Below are positions 30,668 through 42,463 of a DNA stretch of 64,000 nt, piece by piece (within the stretch, counting starts at the first letter, position 1; every line of letters begins with the position of its first letter). The notes beneath the pieces were generated by a model that saw only the letters and a program-made list of their open reading frames with translations, did no database searches and was not told the DNA's origin. Both the position numbers and the translations under genes were made by a program. Origin of the DNA: Clostridiales bacterium UBA1316 (GTDB taxonomy: Bacteria > Bacillota > Clostridia > Oscillospirales > Oscillospiraceae); contig DBTM01000036.1 in NCBI GenBank assembly GCA_002307055.1, positions 34,416 through 98,415 of the forward strand, read 5' to 3'.

Positions 30668-31918
30668 GTGAAAATTCTTTTACAAAAAGCATATTTCTAC
30701 CCGGAAATTGCTGCAAGTATGTATATAACTGAAAACTTGCTTGAAGAATACAGCAAGAACGGAATTCACACGGAGATTCATGTGCCGATGCCAACACGCG
30801 GTGTATCCAAGGAATGCCGCAAAGAATATAAAAAGAAGAAAATTGAAGTAACGAACTCCGGTATGGTCGTTATAAAAAGATATGCGATGTTCAATGAAGG
30901 AAAAAATCCTGTACGGCGCGCATTTCGATATTTTCTTTGCCATATTGTTCAGATCGTAAAGGCATTAAAAGCACGCGATATTGATGTATTGTTCTATACC
31001 AGTACACCGCCGACGCAAATGCTGGCGGCGGCCATTGTGAAGAAAATTAAAAAAATACCTGTTATATATAATTTACAGGATATTTTTCCGGATTCGCTGA
31101 TTTCAACCGGCCTCACAAAAGGAAGTTCTCTGATTTGGAAATTAGGCAGGCACATCGAGAACTATTCGTACAGAAAAGCGGATAAAATCATTGTCATTTC
31201 AGAGGATTTCAAAAAAAATATTATGAATAAGGGCGTCCCCGAGGAGAAGATCGAGGTCGTTTATAATTGGGTAGATGAAAATGCTGTTGTCAATATAGCG
31301 CGTGAAAATAATAAGCTGGCTGACGCGTATCATCTTGATAAAAATAAATTCATCATTACATATTGCGGGAATATCGGCTTAACTCAAAATATGGACATGC
31401 TCCTGGACGCCGCGAAGGACATGGAAGTGTATGCGGATATTTGCTTTGTTCTCATTGGAGAAGGGGCTTACAAAGCGAATGTTGAAAAGCAGATAGCCGA
31501 GAAAAGCATTAAGAATACGGTGCTTATTCCGTTCCAGCCATATGAGGATATTTCGCATGTTTTCAGTCTGGGTGATGTGGGACTGATTATTTCAAAGGAA
31601 AATATCGGACAGAACTCCGTTCCGAGCAAGACCTGGAGCATTATGTCGGCAGAGCGGCCTACGGTTGCGTCGTTTGATATGAACAGCGAATTATGTTCTA
31701 TTATAAAGAAAGCCGACTGCGGGCTTTGTGCTCAGGCCGGCGATAAAGAAGGCCTGAAGGAGGCCCTTTTGGATTTATATCGGAACAGGCAGAAAGCAAT
31801 GCGCATGGGCCAAAACGGGAGGAAATTCATAATGGAGAATCTCACGAGAAGTAAGGGCACCTCTAGATATGTACAAATTATAATGAGTTTAATGAAGCGG
31901 GACGGGGATAACACGTGA
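30668..31918 (+). CDS. Glycosyltransferase family 4 (WbuB-like)
   Basis: STPP, LQDIFPD, YCGNIG, VPSK. Confidence 0.88.
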   Translation: MKILLQKAYFYPEIAASMYITENLLEEYSKNGIHTEIHVPMPTRGVSKECRKEYKKKKIEVTNSGMVVIKRYAMFNEGKNPVRRAFRYFLCHIVQIVKALKARDIDVLFYTSTPPTQMLAAAIVKKIKKIPVIYNLQDIFPDSLISTGLTKGSSLIWKLGRHIENYSYRKADKIIVISEDFKKNIMNKGVPEEKIEVVYNWVDENAVVNIARENNKLADAYHLDKNKFIITYCGNIGLTQNMDMLLDAAKDMEVYADICFVLIGEGAYKANVEKQIAEKSIKNTVLIPFQPYEDISHVFSLGDVGLIISKENIGQNSVPSKTWSIMSAERPTVASFDMNSELCSIIKKADCGLCAQAGDKEGLKEALLDLYRNRQKAMRMGQNGRKFIMENLTRSKGTSRYVQIIMSLMKRDGDNT

Positions 31919-32955
31919 AAAAAGTAATTATTACCGGAATTACCGGCCAGGATGGATCTTTTTTAGCTGAACTTTTATTGGACAAGCAATACGAGGTGCA
32001 TGGCTTGGTCAGGCGCATATCAACTGAAAAAAGAGAACGAATCGACCATTTTGCGGGTATACCGAATTTCCATCTGCATTATGGCGACATGACCGACTCG
32101 ATAAGCCTCGTTAAACTTATTAATGAAGTAAAGCCGGATGAGATATATAATCTTGCGGCTCAGAGTCACGTTCAGGTTTCCTTTGATGTTCCGGAGTATA
32201 CGGCCAATGCTGATGCGGTTGGAACACTGCGTATTCTCGAAGCTGTGCATATGCTTGGTATGGAAAAGACCTGCAGAATATATCAGGCGTCTACCTCAGA
32301 GCTTTATGGCAAGGTACAGGAGGTACCACAAAGTGAGACGACACCGTTTTATCCCTATTCGCCGTACGCCTGCGCAAAGCTGTATGCTTTCTGGATTGTG
32401 AAGAACTACAGAGAGGCATACGGTATGTTCGCGGTTAACGGCATTCTCTTCAACCACGAATCCGAGAGGCGCGGAGAAACTTTCGTGACACGTAAAATTA
32501 CCATAGCCGCTTCCAGGATTGCACATGGGCTGCAGAAGAAGCTCTACCTCGGTAACCTCAGCGCAATGCGTGATTGGGGATATGCTAAGGATTATGTTGA
32601 GTGCATGTGGCTGATGCTTCAGCATGATGTACCTGAGGACTTCGTTCTTGCTACGGGTGAGCAGCATTCTGTGAGAGACTTTTGCAACATGGCTTTCAGA
32701 CACGCCGGAATTGAACTGGTTTGGGAAGGCACAGGAATCAATGAAAAAGGTATAAATAAGGCGACTGCGGAGGTATTTATTGAGGTTGATCCGAAATATT
32801 TCAGACCGACGGACGTGGAGACGTTATTAGGAAACCCGGCAAAAGCGAAACGTGTCCTCGGTTGGAACCCACGCAAAACCTCTATTGATGAGTTGGTCAG
32901 AATTATGATGGAAAATGATATGAAAATCGCTCAGAGGGAGAAACAACGTGGCTAG
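31915..32955 (+). CDS. gmd: GDP-mannose 4,6-dehydratase
   Basis: [44 protein letters not shown]. Confidence 0.96.
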   Translation: MKKVIITGITGQDGSFLAELLLDKQYEVHGLVRRISTEKRERIDHFAGIPNFHLHYGDMTDSISLVKLINEVKPDEIYNLAAQSHVQVSFDVPEYTANADAVGTLRILEAVHMLGMEKTCRIYQASTSELYGKVQEVPQSETTPFYPYSPYACAKLYAFWIVKNYREAYGMFAVNGILFNHESERRGETFVTRKITIAASRIAHGLQKKLYLGNLSAMRDWGYAKDYVECMWLMLQHDVPEDFVLATGEQHSVRDFCNMAFRHAGIELVWEGTGINEKGINKATAEVFIEVDPKYFRPTDVETLLGNPAKAKRVLGWNPRKTSIDELVRIMMENDMKIAQREKQRG

Positions 32956-33907
32956 GAATGAAGTAATAGAAAAGGATAAAAAGATTTTTATAGCCGGTCA
33001 TCATGGGATGGTAGGCTCTGCAATTCTCCGAGAACTCAAGAATAAAGGATATAGTAATTTAATATGCCAAACCTCCAAGCAATTGGACTTACGCCGTCAA
33101 ACAGTGACGGAAAAATTCTTTACGGATGAAAAGCCGGATTACGTTTTTCTTTGTGCCGCTAAGGTTGGGGGGATATATGCCAACAACACCTATCCCGCTG
33201 ACTTCATGTATGACAATATGCTGATTGAAATGAACGTTATTAAATCAGCCTTTAATAATGGCGTTAAAAAGCTCTTGTTTTTGGGGAGTTCGTGTATATA
33301 TCCCAGATTGGCGCCGCAGCCGATTCCGGAAAGCAGCCTGCTGACCGGCGCGCTGGAACAGACGAATGAGGCTTATGCGCTGGCGAAGATATCCGGATTA
33401 AAATATTGTGAGTACTTAAACAGGCAATACGGTACGGACTATATAAGCGCGATGCCGACAAATCTCTACGGACCGAATGATAATTATCATACCGAGAACG
33501 CGCATGTTTTGCCCGCACTTTTGAGACGTTTCCATGAGGCTAAAGTGACCGGACAAAAAACAGTGACGATTTGGGGAACCGGTACCCCGCTCAGAGAATT
33601 CCTGTATGTTGATGACTTGGCAGCTGCCTGTGTATTTTTAATGGTGCATTATTCCGGTAATGAGACGGTCAATGTTGGCACCGGGAAAGAGATTTCAATA
33701 CACGAGCTCGCATTAACCATCATGAAGGTCGTCGGATATGAGGGCACGCTTGTATTTGACAGCAGCAAACCGGACGGTACGCCCAGAAAGCTGCTTGACG
33801 TCAGCAAATTGGATGCTCTCGGCTGGAAATACACAACAGAGCTTGAGGAGGGTATTCGCTTTACCTATACGGATTTTTTAGCCAGCCAAACCAGAAATGA
33901 AAGATAA
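32948..33907 (+). CDS. fcl: GDP-L-fucose synthase
   Basis: [47 protein letters not shown]. Confidence 0.95.
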   Translation: MARNEVIEKDKKIFIAGHHGMVGSAILRELKNKGYSNLICQTSKQLDLRRQTVTEKFFTDEKPDYVFLCAAKVGGIYANNTYPADFMYDNMLIEMNVIKSAFNNGVKKLLFLGSSCIYPRLAPQPIPESSLLTGALEQTNEAYALAKISGLKYCEYLNRQYGTDYISAMPTNLYGPNDNYHTENAHVLPALLRRFHEAKVTGQKTVTIWGTGTPLREFLYVDDLAAACVFLMVHYSGNETVNVGTGKEISIHELALTIMKVVGYEGTLVFDSSKPDGTPRKLLDVSKLDALGWKYTTELEEGIRFTYTDFLASQTRNER

Positions 33908-33929
33908 TTACGCTGGGGGATATGCTTAG

Positions 33930-35609
33930 ATGACAGATTTCTTGGGAGCTTACAGGCAGTGGCTGGAAGCAGCGTATATTGATGATGAAACAAAAAAAGA
34001 ATTAAGTGCGATAACCGATACCGATGAAATTAAGGACCGCTTTTACAAGGAACTGGAATTTGGCACAGGCGGCCTTCGCGGCATCATGGGTGCCGGGCTC
34101 AACCGGCTTAATATATACACCATCCGTAAAGTGACCTTCGGCTTAGCTAACTATATACGAGCCGAGCGCGGTGAAGCAGGGAAATCGAAGGGTGTGGTTA
34201 TTGCATATGATTCCCGCAATAATTCTCGGAAATTCGCACTTGAGGCAGCGCAGGTGCTGTGCGCCTGCGGCATTAAAACATTTCTGTTTGATACACTCCA
34301 GCCGACGCCTGTTTTATCTTTTTCTGTCAGAGCACTGAATTGCGCGGCAGGCATTGTTATCACAGCCAGCCATAACCCGAAGGAATACAACGGATATAAA
34401 ATATATGACCACTACGGCGGTCAGGTTGTACCAAGAGATGCGGATATTATTATTAAATATATTCAAGCCGTTCAGGAATTCGATAATATCCCCATCCTGA
34501 TGCAGCATGAAGCACTGGACAAGGGCCTGCTTCAAATAGTGGGTGATCATGTGCTTTTAGCTTTTTTAGAAGCGGTGAAAAAACAGTCGTTATTATCTGA
34601 CAACCGCGCCAAGGAGCAGCTGCATATCGTTTATACCCCCCTGCATGGCAGCGGGAATATACCGGTAAGAAAAATATTGACGGATACAGGCTTTACGCAT
34701 GTATCCGTCGTACGCGAGCAGGAAGCTCCTGACGGCGGGTTTCCGACCGTGAGCACGCCTAACCCCGAGGATAAAGCGGCTTTGGCTAAAGCCTTGCTGC
34801 AGGCGCGCCAGGAGAAAGCAGATATCGTGCTGGGTACGGACCCCGATTGCGACAGAGTGGGAGTTGCTGTTTTACATAAAGACGATTATGTACTGCTCAC
34901 CGGCAATCAGCTTGGGGCGCTCTTGGTGTCATACGTTTTATCGGAAAAAAAGCAGACGCTGGATAAACATCCTGTTTTGATTAAGACAATCGTTACCAAT
35001 GAGCTTGGGGCGAGTATTGGCCGTCAATATGGCCTCGAGATTGTCGATACCCTGACCGGTTTCAAATATATCGGAGATAAAATCTCACAATATGAGCAGA
35101 CCGGTGAGCACACGTTTGTCATAGGGTATGAAGAGAGCTTCGGTTATCTCGTCGGGACGCATGCCAGAGATAAGGATGCGGTTGTCGCGTCCCTGCTGAT
35201 ATGTGAAATGGCGGCTTTTCATAAAAAAAGAGGCCAAACACTATGCGAGGTGCTTGAGGGACTTTATGAGCAATACGGCTATTACCTTGATGCGCTCGAC
35301 TCCTATGCCTGTAAAGGGCCCGATGGTGCACAGCGCATAAACGATATTATGTCAGAGCTGCGCCATACGGGTAATAGACTGCTGCCCAACATAAAGAACA
35401 TCAGGGACTATTTGGAGGGAATCGATTGTTTACCGCAGGAAAATGTGCTAAAATACATTCTCAGCGATGACTCGTGGATTGCCGTGAGACCTTCAGGCAC
35501 AGAACCAAAAATAAAGGTTTATTATTCTATAAAAGCAGCCGACAAGCTGACAGCGCAAAATAGACTCATTCAGATTAAAAGCAGACTAGGGGAGTTTATA
35601 CGGTTATGA
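33930..35609 (+). CDS. Phosphomannomutase/phosphoglucomutase
   Basis: FGTGGLRG, ITASHNP, DPDCDR, GYEES, RPSGTEPK. Confidence 0.93.
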   Translation: MTDFLGAYRQWLEAAYIDDETKKELSAITDTDEIKDRFYKELEFGTGGLRGIMGAGLNRLNIYTIRKVTFGLANYIRAERGEAGKSKGVVIAYDSRNNSRKFALEAAQVLCACGIKTFLFDTLQPTPVLSFSVRALNCAAGIVITASHNPKEYNGYKIYDHYGGQVVPRDADIIIKYIQAVQEFDNIPILMQHEALDKGLLQIVGDHVLLAFLEAVKKQSLLSDNRAKEQLHIVYTPLHGSGNIPVRKILTDTGFTHVSVVREQEAPDGGFPTVSTPNPEDKAALAKALLQARQEKADIVLGTDPDCDRVGVAVLHKDDYVLLTGNQLGALLVSYVLSEKKQTLDKHPVLIKTIVTNELGASIGRQYGLEIVDTLTGFKYIGDKISQYEQTGEHTFVIGYEESFGYLVGTHARDKDAVVASLLICEMAAFHKKRGQTLCEVLEGLYEQYGYYLDALDSYACKGPDGAQRINDIMSELRHTGNRLLPNIKNIRDYLEGIDCLPQENVLKYILSDDSWIAVRPSGTEPKIKVYYSIKAADKLTAQNRLIQIKSRLGEFIRL

Positions 35610-36955
35610 ATATAGTGTTGTTATCCGGTGGCTCTGGAAAACGTCTGTGGCCGCTTTCTAATCAAATTAGGTCAAAACAATTCTTAAAGCTGCTTAAAAA
35701 TAATGCCGGTGAAGCCGAATCGATGGTTCAGCGGGTATTCAGGCAAATACAAGAGGCTGAGATCATAGCAGACACAGTGATAGCGACCGGCAGCGCGCAG
35801 CTGGATTCCATCAGAGGGCAGCTTGGTAACAGCGTTAATGTGGTCATGGAACCGGAGCGGAGGGATACCTTCCCGGCCATCGCTCTGGCTGCCGCCTACC
35901 TGGTTCTGGAGAAAAAGATAGCTGAAGATGAGGTCGTGTTGGTATTGCCGGTTGACCCTTACGCGGATTTAGAATATTTTAAAATTCTTCCGCGTATGGA
36001 GAAAACCGTGAAGGAAGGCCGATGCAATATCGCGCTGATGGGCATTCGGCCAACCTATCCTTCCGAGAAATATGGTTATATCATCCCTAAAAAATCACCT
36101 GCTGAGGGAGCTTGCAGACCGGTTGAGCGTTTTCAGGAAAAGCCTACAGAAGCACTGGCAAAGTCGCTCATAGAAGACGGCGCGTTATGGAATGGGGGCG
36201 TTTTTGCCTGCAAGCTCGGTTATATTTTAGAAATACTTAAGAAATATATCAGCTTTAACGAATATAAGGATATCGAAAGCCAGTATTCAAAATTACCGAA
36301 AATCAGCTTTGACTACGAGGTTGTCGAAAAAGAAAAAGCTATTTCAATGGTGGAGTATTCGGGCGTATGGCTTGATCTTGGTACCTGGAATACCTTGACA
36401 GAGGTGATGGACAGCGAGGCCATTGGTAAAGTCGTATTTGACAACACCTGTGAAAATACGCATGTAATCAATGAGCTTGATATTCCCATAACGGTTATGG
36501 GTGCCAAAAATATGGTTGTCGCCGCGAGTCCGGACGGTATTCTCGTTGCGGACAAGCATCAAAGCTCGTATTTAAAGCCATATGTTGACGGAATTAATCA
36601 GCGGCCAATGTTTGAGGAACGTCGGTGGGGAGAGTATAAGGTACTCGATTATGTCGTTTATAGCGACGGCATGTCCTCGCTGACCAAGCATCTTCAAATT
36701 AAAGCCGGAAAATCAATCAGCTACCAAAAGCATTCGATCCGAGATGAAATCTGGACAATTGTTGACGGTACAGGCGACCTCCTTATTGATGACCATGTGA
36801 GGAATGTACGCAGGGGTGATGTTGCCTATATAACCAAAGGTCAGAAGCATGCCATCCGCGCCACCTCAGACCTGCGCTTTATTGAGGTTCAGATAGGTGA
36901 GGAGCTCGTTGAGAGCGATATCGAGCATTTTGAATGGGATTGGGGCGGGTATTAG
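35606..36955 (+). CDS. manC: Mannose-1-phosphate guanylyltransferase with C-terminal cupin (PMI type II)
   Basis: LSGGSGKRLWPLS, FQEKP, DLGTW, RRWG, SYQKH..RDEIW. Confidence 0.88.
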   Translation: MNIVLLSGGSGKRLWPLSNQIRSKQFLKLLKNNAGEAESMVQRVFRQIQEAEIIADTVIATGSAQLDSIRGQLGNSVNVVMEPERRDTFPAIALAAAYLVLEKKIAEDEVVLVLPVDPYADLEYFKILPRMEKTVKEGRCNIALMGIRPTYPSEKYGYIIPKKSPAEGACRPVERFQEKPTEALAKSLIEDGALWNGGVFACKLGYILEILKKYISFNEYKDIESQYSKLPKISFDYEVVEKEKAISMVEYSGVWLDLGTWNTLTEVMDSEAIGKVVFDNTCENTHVINELDIPITVMGAKNMVVAASPDGILVADKHQSSYLKPYVDGINQRPMFEERRWGEYKVLDYVVYSDGMSSLTKHLQIKAGKSISYQKHSIRDEIWTIVDGTGDLLIDDHVRNVRRGDVAYITKGQKHAIRATSDLRFIEVQIGEELVESDIEHFEWDWGGY

Positions 36956-37035
36956 GCATGAGGGTTCTGCATATCGGAAAGCATACGGAAGCCGATGCTT
37001 GTTCGACCAATAAATAAGCCGGAGAGGAGAGTTAA

Positions 37036-38157
37036 TTGATGAAGGTATTAATCTTAACTACAATCATGGCCCCTTATAGAGTGAATTTATTTAAGGAACT
37101 GAGCAGCTATGTAGAATTGACAGTATGTTTTGAGAAAAAAAATGATTCATCAAGAAACTCGGAATGGTTTGAAAAATCGATAAATAATTTCGAATTTATC
37201 GCATTGAAAAATTGGGATAAGCCTAAAAAAGTCAAATTCGAAATCTTAAAGTACTTAAAAAAAGAAAAGTATGATTATGTAATAGCCTTTGAGTATAGTA
37301 CACATACTGCTTCCTTAATGCTGACGGCATGCAGATTAAAGAGAATTCCATATTTAATAAACTGCGATGGTGCTTTTATCAATCCGCACCCGTTAAAAGA
37401 TAAGGTTAAAAGATTATTGGTAGCGAATGCGAGAGCCTGCCTCGCCAATGGCGAAAATGCTAAAAACTATTTTCTGCATTATGGAGCACGGCTTAATAAT
37501 ATATATCAGCATAATTTCTCTTCGTTTTATAAAAATGAGATACTGTCGCGACCTGTAACAGCTGAAATGAAGAAAGAAATGAAGCGTTCGTTCGGGTTAC
37601 CGGCTAAGAAGATCGCAATGACTGTAGGCCAGTTTATTTACCGAAAGGGTTTTGATGTGCTCCTTAAGGCTTGGAGAATGGTTGATACGGAACATGTCCT
37701 TCTGATAATTGGAGAGGGCGAGAAGGAACAAGAATATCGGGAGTTTATTAAGGAATATGCGATTGATAACGTAATTATCATTGGTTTTAAGAAAAAAAAT
37801 GAGCTTTTTAATTATTACAAGGCATCAGATTTATTTGTATTGCCGACGAGAGAGGATATATGGGGCCTTGTTATAAACGAGGCGATGGCATGCGGCTTAC
37901 CTGTTATAACAACAGATAAGTGCATAGCCGGTGTAGAGCTGATAGAAAACGGCGAAAACGGGTATCTTGTAAAAGCAGACGATGAAGAGGAGCTTGCGCA
38001 GCGGTTGAATCTATTATTAAAAAATGAAGAAATAACAAAAAAAATGGCTGAAAACAATATAGAGAAGATTCAAAAATACACATATGAAAATAATGCGCTG
38101 AGTAACTATGAGACTTTAACAAAGATATCTGCAAATCATATGACTTCGAATAAGTAA
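37036..38157 (+). CDS. Glycosyltransferase family 4
   Basis: RKGFDVLL, EDIWGLVINEAMACGLPVI. Confidence 0.9.
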   Translation: MMKVLILTTIMAPYRVNLFKELSSYVELTVCFEKKNDSSRNSEWFEKSINNFEFIALKNWDKPKKVKFEILKYLKKEKYDYVIAFEYSTHTASLMLTACRLKRIPYLINCDGAFINPHPLKDKVKRLLVANARACLANGENAKNYFLHYGARLNNIYQHNFSSFYKNEILSRPVTAEMKKEMKRSFGLPAKKIAMTVGQFIYRKGFDVLLKAWRMVDTEHVLLIIGEGEKEQEYREFIKEYAIDNVIIIGFKKKNELFNYYKASDLFVLPTREDIWGLVINEAMACGLPVITTDKCIAGVELIENGENGYLVKADDEEELAQRLNLLLKNEEITKKMAENNIEKIQKYTYENNALSNYETLTKISANHMTSNK

Positions 38158-38169
38158 GGTCGGTAAATA

Positions 38170-39345
38170 ATGATAAAAAAATTATGCATCATAACGGATG
38201 GTTATACCTCGGAGGAAAGACCGTTTAATGAGTTTGTGGATCAGCTGGTTTGCCAGTTCCGGGATCAAGGGATTGACTGCACGGTCATCAGTCCGCTTTC
38301 GTTAACAAACGTCATATTTCGCGGCAATCCGCTGCTGCCGTATTTCAGAGAGAGAAAGACGCCAAACGGTAATATGATAGCCATATATTCACCGAGATAT
38401 TTGTCTGCGGCCTCCGTGAGAAAAGGGATCATTAACACGACAAATATTACGCTTGGCAATTTCATTCATGCGGCTCAAAGGACCTTCAAGAAGCTGCACG
38501 ATAAGGAACACTTCGACGCGGTTTATGCGCACTTCATTTTTGAGTCGGGGGCTGCTGCGAGCTGCATTTCTGAAAAATACAGCATTCCAGCTTTCGTCGC
38601 TTACGGAGAATGCTCGAATTACTCGATTGACTGCTTGGGCGGCGCTGATAAAGCCCGAGCAAGGCTCAAAGCCCTCAAGGGTGTTATATCCGTCTCGACA
38701 GCCAATAAGGAAAGCCTCGTGAAACAAAATATTTTTCCGGAAGAAATTATCCGTGTTTTCATTAACTCAATTGATAACAGATTGTTTTACAAAAGAAATA
38801 AGCAGGAAATGAGAATAAAATATGGTCTGCCGGAGGATGCGTTTATCGCAGCGTTTGTTGGCAGATTTGTCGAAGGTAAAGGAGCTAACCGGCTTTCAAA
38901 GGCGATTGAGGGGCTTGGCGGAGATCGGGTTAAATCAATTTTTATAGGCTCTGGTGACATTCGCCCTGATTGCGAGGGGATTTTATTATGCGGTTCTCAG
39001 CCGCACGACCGAGTACCTGAATTATTATCTGCTGCAGATATATTTGTCCTTCCGACCTTAGCCGAAGGATGCTGCAATGCCATTATCGAAGCGATGGCCT
39101 GCGGATTGCCAATTATATCTGCGGACTTGCCTTTTAATGATGACATTCTCGACGAAACCTGCTCGATAAGGGTCGATCCCAGCAGTGTTGACGAAATTGC
39201 AGCCGCCATAAAACTATTATTGAATGATCAAAACTATCGTTCAATGCTTGCTGAGGGAGCTTTGGCAAAAGCTAAGGATTTAAGTATCAGCACCAGAGCA
39301 ACAAAAATCTTGGAATTTATGAATTTAAAAACAGGTGATATTTAA
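38170..39345 (+). CDS. Glycosyltransferase family 4
   Basis: FVGRFVEGKG, EGCCNAIIEAMACGLPII. Confidence 0.9.
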   Translation: MIKKLCIITDGYTSEERPFNEFVDQLVCQFRDQGIDCTVISPLSLTNVIFRGNPLLPYFRERKTPNGNMIAIYSPRYLSAASVRKGIINTTNITLGNFIHAAQRTFKKLHDKEHFDAVYAHFIFESGAAASCISEKYSIPAFVAYGECSNYSIDCLGGADKARARLKALKGVISVSTANKESLVKQNIFPEEIIRVFINSIDNRLFYKRNKQEMRIKYGLPEDAFIAAFVGRFVEGKGANRLSKAIEGLGGDRVKSIFIGSGDIRPDCEGILLCGSQPHDRVPELLSAADIFVLPTLAEGCCNAIIEAMACGLPIISADLPFNDDILDETCSIRVDPSSVDEIAAAIKLLLNDQNYRSMLAEGALAKAKDLSISTRATKILEFMNLKTGDI

Positions 39346-39908
39346 TGATACATAGTAAAGCTGAATATTACCACTATTTAGAATGTGACCGAAAAGCGCA
39401 ATCGGGTAAAATCGGATTTATGAGATATTTGAAGGATGATATATGGAAGTTTATCCGAATACTTCGAAAAGCTGAATATTATAAGAATTGCCGGAAAGAT
39501 ATTATTGGCAAGATATACTACTACACAAATATTAAAATGAGGTTGAGAAAGCTCTCTTATAAGCTGGGATTTACCATACCGGAGAATGTATTTGAAGAAG
39601 GCTTATCGATAGCACACTACGGAAATATAGTGATAAATCCCCATGTTAAAATAGGCAGGAATTGCAGAATACATGTCGGTGTGAATATAGGACTCGGGGC
39701 TCGGGGCGAATTACCGCCTGTTGTCGGTAATAATGTGTATATCGGCCCTGGAGCTAAATTATTCGGTAGTATTATAATCGGTGATAATACCGTGATTGGA
39801 GCGAATGCTGTTGTTAATAAAAGCTTCCCGGAAGGAAATATATCTCTTGGAGGTATTCCCGCAAAAGAAATAAGCAAAAAAAACTCTAATGATATTATAA
39901 AATGGTAA
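39345..39908 (+). CDS. Hexapeptide-repeat O-acetyltransferase (serine acetyltransferase-like)
   Basis: IAHYGNIV, VGNNVYIGPGAK, IGANAVV, GGIPAK. Confidence 0.85.
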   Translation: MIHSKAEYYHYLECDRKAQSGKIGFMRYLKDDIWKFIRILRKAEYYKNCRKDIIGKIYYYTNIKMRLRKLSYKLGFTIPENVFEEGLSIAHYGNIVINPHVKIGRNCRIHVGVNIGLGARGELPPVVGNNVYIGPGAKLFGSIIIGDNTVIGANAVVNKSFPEGNISLGGIPAKEISKKNSNDIIKW

Positions 39909-39943
39909 TATAATAGACTGAGCTTTGATGCCAAAGGCTGTTA

Positions 39944-41290
39944 GTGAGTATGGAGAGCTTAATGATATATGAGGCTGAGCGTAAAAATCAAAATTGGCTG
40001 AAGTTGAGTACTGTGCTTAAATGCCTCACGATATCAGCCTTAATCCTTGTTGGTGTGAATTATAAAATTGTAATGGTAACCGCAGTGATCGTTGCCTGTG
40101 TATTTATTATTTTTTCCGACACCCAGGAAATTATGGAATTTTTAATGTATACAGCAGCCTTTTCCGTGATATTTAAATTATCTCCAAGCGGTTTTACTTT
40201 CTACAATATCGTGATAATGACGGCAATTTTCAAGCTGGCATTTATCATTAAGAAATTTTCAATCAGTAAGCAATTATTCGGATTATTCATATTATTCAGT
40301 ATATTTATCATTTTATCCGGCGGGCGGGGTGCGATAAGCGAACTGATCAAAATGCTGTTATACCTTATCTTGATTTATCTTTTCCTCCAGCAAAAAGAAC
40401 CGTACGCTTTATCGAGAATATTAATTTCCTTTTCCTTGGGTATTATATTGGCGTCGCTGGCAGGTTACTTCCACAAATATATACCGGGACTCGATTCTTT
40501 TATGCGTGTTGGTGTTTTCAGATTCGGAGATGAACATATCACCCGTTTTGGCGGCTTATCAACGAACCCTAATTTTTTTACGATGCCTATTACGATAGCG
40601 CTGTCGTGCCTTTTAGGGTATATTGTGACAAGGAAAGCCGGAGTGACAGAATATATCCTTTTTATAATACTGACGGTATTTGGTGTCAGTTCGGTGAGTA
40701 TGTCCTTTTTAATTTCACTTGTCGTGATGATAATTATTGGATTTATTTATGTGACGAGAAAGAACTTGAAAAGCATGTTCATAAGCCTCTTTGTTATTTT
40801 GCTTATATTTTTTGTTGTTTATATTTTTTCGAGTAATCAGTTTATTCAATCCTATATTATGCGCTTGACGACAGAAGATACAAGCTCGGCATCGGATTTA
40901 ACAACAGGCCGAACGGACATTTGGCTTTCATATTTTCAGCTCTTTTTATCAAACTTAAAAATACCGATATTTGGAAGAGGCTTGGGATCATCTGTATTTG
41001 GTACAGCGACACATAATACGTATATTGATATCATTTATTATATTGGTATATTTGGAGGGTTCCTATATTTATTCATTTTAAAATGTGAATTTCCAAAAAA
41101 AGAAGTACCATATAGAAAAACAATAATAAACTACTTGCCATTGGTCATGCTTTCAATACGGAGCATGGCAATCAGCTACTTACTCGATGATAATATATAT
41201 ATGTTTTATATTTTGATTTACTTGATGATCAACACAGATTTTAGCGAAAAGAAGCAGAAACTGTTAAAAATATCACCTGACATTTACTAA
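39944..41290 (+). CDS. Wzy polymerase / O-antigen ligase family membrane protein
   Basis: Many TMs, RFGGLSTNPN, TTGRTDIW, FGRG, THNTY. Confidence 0.8.
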   Translation: MSMESLMIYEAERKNQNWLKLSTVLKCLTISALILVGVNYKIVMVTAVIVACVFIIFSDTQEIMEFLMYTAAFSVIFKLSPSGFTFYNIVIMTAIFKLAFIIKKFSISKQLFGLFILFSIFIILSGGRGAISELIKMLLYLILIYLFLQQKEPYALSRILISFSLGIILASLAGYFHKYIPGLDSFMRVGVFRFGDEHITRFGGLSTNPNFFTMPITIALSCLLGYIVTRKAGVTEYILFIILTVFGVSSVSMSFLISLVVMIIIGFIYVTRKNLKSMFISLFVILLIFFVVYIFSSNQFIQSYIMRLTTEDTSSASDLTTGRTDIWLSYFQLFLSNLKIPIFGRGLGSSVFGTATHNTYIDIIYYIGIFGGFLYLFILKCEFPKKEVPYRKTIINYLPLVMLSIRSMAISYLLDDNIYMFYILIYLMINTDFSEKKQKLLKISPDIY

Positions 41291-41327
41291 GGGCTGATTT
41301 ATCAACATTTCTGAAAGGGTAGCTCGG

Positions 41328-42434
41328 ATGAGAATTATATTACATGGGTGCGATTTTTCGACAAATTTCGGTGATTATTTATTTGGTGATATATTTTTTA
41401 AAAAAGTCGAACAATGCAATGCGAATGGTCATAATATTTTTTTCGAATTCGGTAGATTTGGAGTAGGCGAATTTTACCGCACACACATGAATTATAGAAA
41501 AAAACAGAAAGTCACTGATTTATTTAAAGCGGATTTACTTATATATTTCTCGGGCGGCTATTTCGGAGAGAGAGACAGCTCCTTCAAATCCAGCATCAAA
41601 CGCTTCCTGGGCTATATGCCTATTGGCATCATCTTTTTAATGAGAAAAAAGCCAATTATGATTTTAGGTGTTGGAGGCGGGCCGATATCGTGGAGATATT
41701 TAAGAAAACTTATGTGCCGGATAATGGATTATTCAATGGAATTGACTGTAAGAGACGAGGAGACAGCATCATATTATAAAGAATATGGCGTGAAAAGAGA
41801 TATCAAGATAACATCAGACACTGCCCAGATCATTACAACTGATATGCTTCCGGATTTAGCAATCAATGAATTGATAACAGAGGTCTTCGGCGAAAAGAAA
41901 ATACTGTTTTTACATGTACCCGCAAGTAAGCTGGAGAATGACCTTTATATTGAGAAAATTATTGGCCCACTGAATAAATTTCTTGCAGTACATAAGGAAT
42001 ATGGAGTAATTTTAGGAAGAGACTACGTAAGCACAGTGCCTATCGCAGAATTAGATGTCAGCAAAAAGCTGGTTTGCGAAACGACATACTATTATGATTA
42101 TGATTCGCCATGGCAGCTTTGCGCATTATTAAATTCGGTGGATTTTATTATGACAACAAAGCTGCATGTTGGCATCATCGGTTCAATATTTTCGAAATCA
42201 GTTTTATCATTCCCCATACATGCAGAGAAAGTAAAGCGATATTACAAACAAATCGGGGAATGTGACAGATGTATTTCATTAGCTGAAGCGAAAAGCGATG
42301 TTGTTGAAAAAATGATAAACGAATATTTTAACAAGCGGGTTGTTGTGCCAGACAATATTAAAAAAGCGGCAAATGAAAATATTAAGTTATTAGAAAGCAA
42401 TATAAATGCATTAAAAGAGAAAGCGAAATTATAA
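41328..42434 (+). CDS. Polysaccharide pyruvyl transferase family
   Basis: NFGD, FSGGYFG, GVGGGP, TVRDEE, TSD, KLHVGI. Confidence 0.85.
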   Translation: MRIILHGCDFSTNFGDYLFGDIFFKKVEQCNANGHNIFFEFGRFGVGEFYRTHMNYRKKQKVTDLFKADLLIYFSGGYFGERDSSFKSSIKRFLGYMPIGIIFLMRKKPIMILGVGGGPISWRYLRKLMCRIMDYSMELTVRDEETASYYKEYGVKRDIKITSDTAQIITTDMLPDLAINELITEVFGEKKILFLHVPASKLENDLYIEKIIGPLNKFLAVHKEYGVILGRDYVSTVPIAELDVSKKLVCETTYYYDYDSPWQLCALLNSVDFIMTTKLHVGIIGSIFSKSVLSFPIHAEKVKRYYKQIGECDRCISLAEAKSDVVEKMINEYFNKRVVVPDNIKKAANENIKLLESNINALKEKAKL

Positions 42435-42463
42435 GGTATTATTCGATATTTAGGAGAACGGTA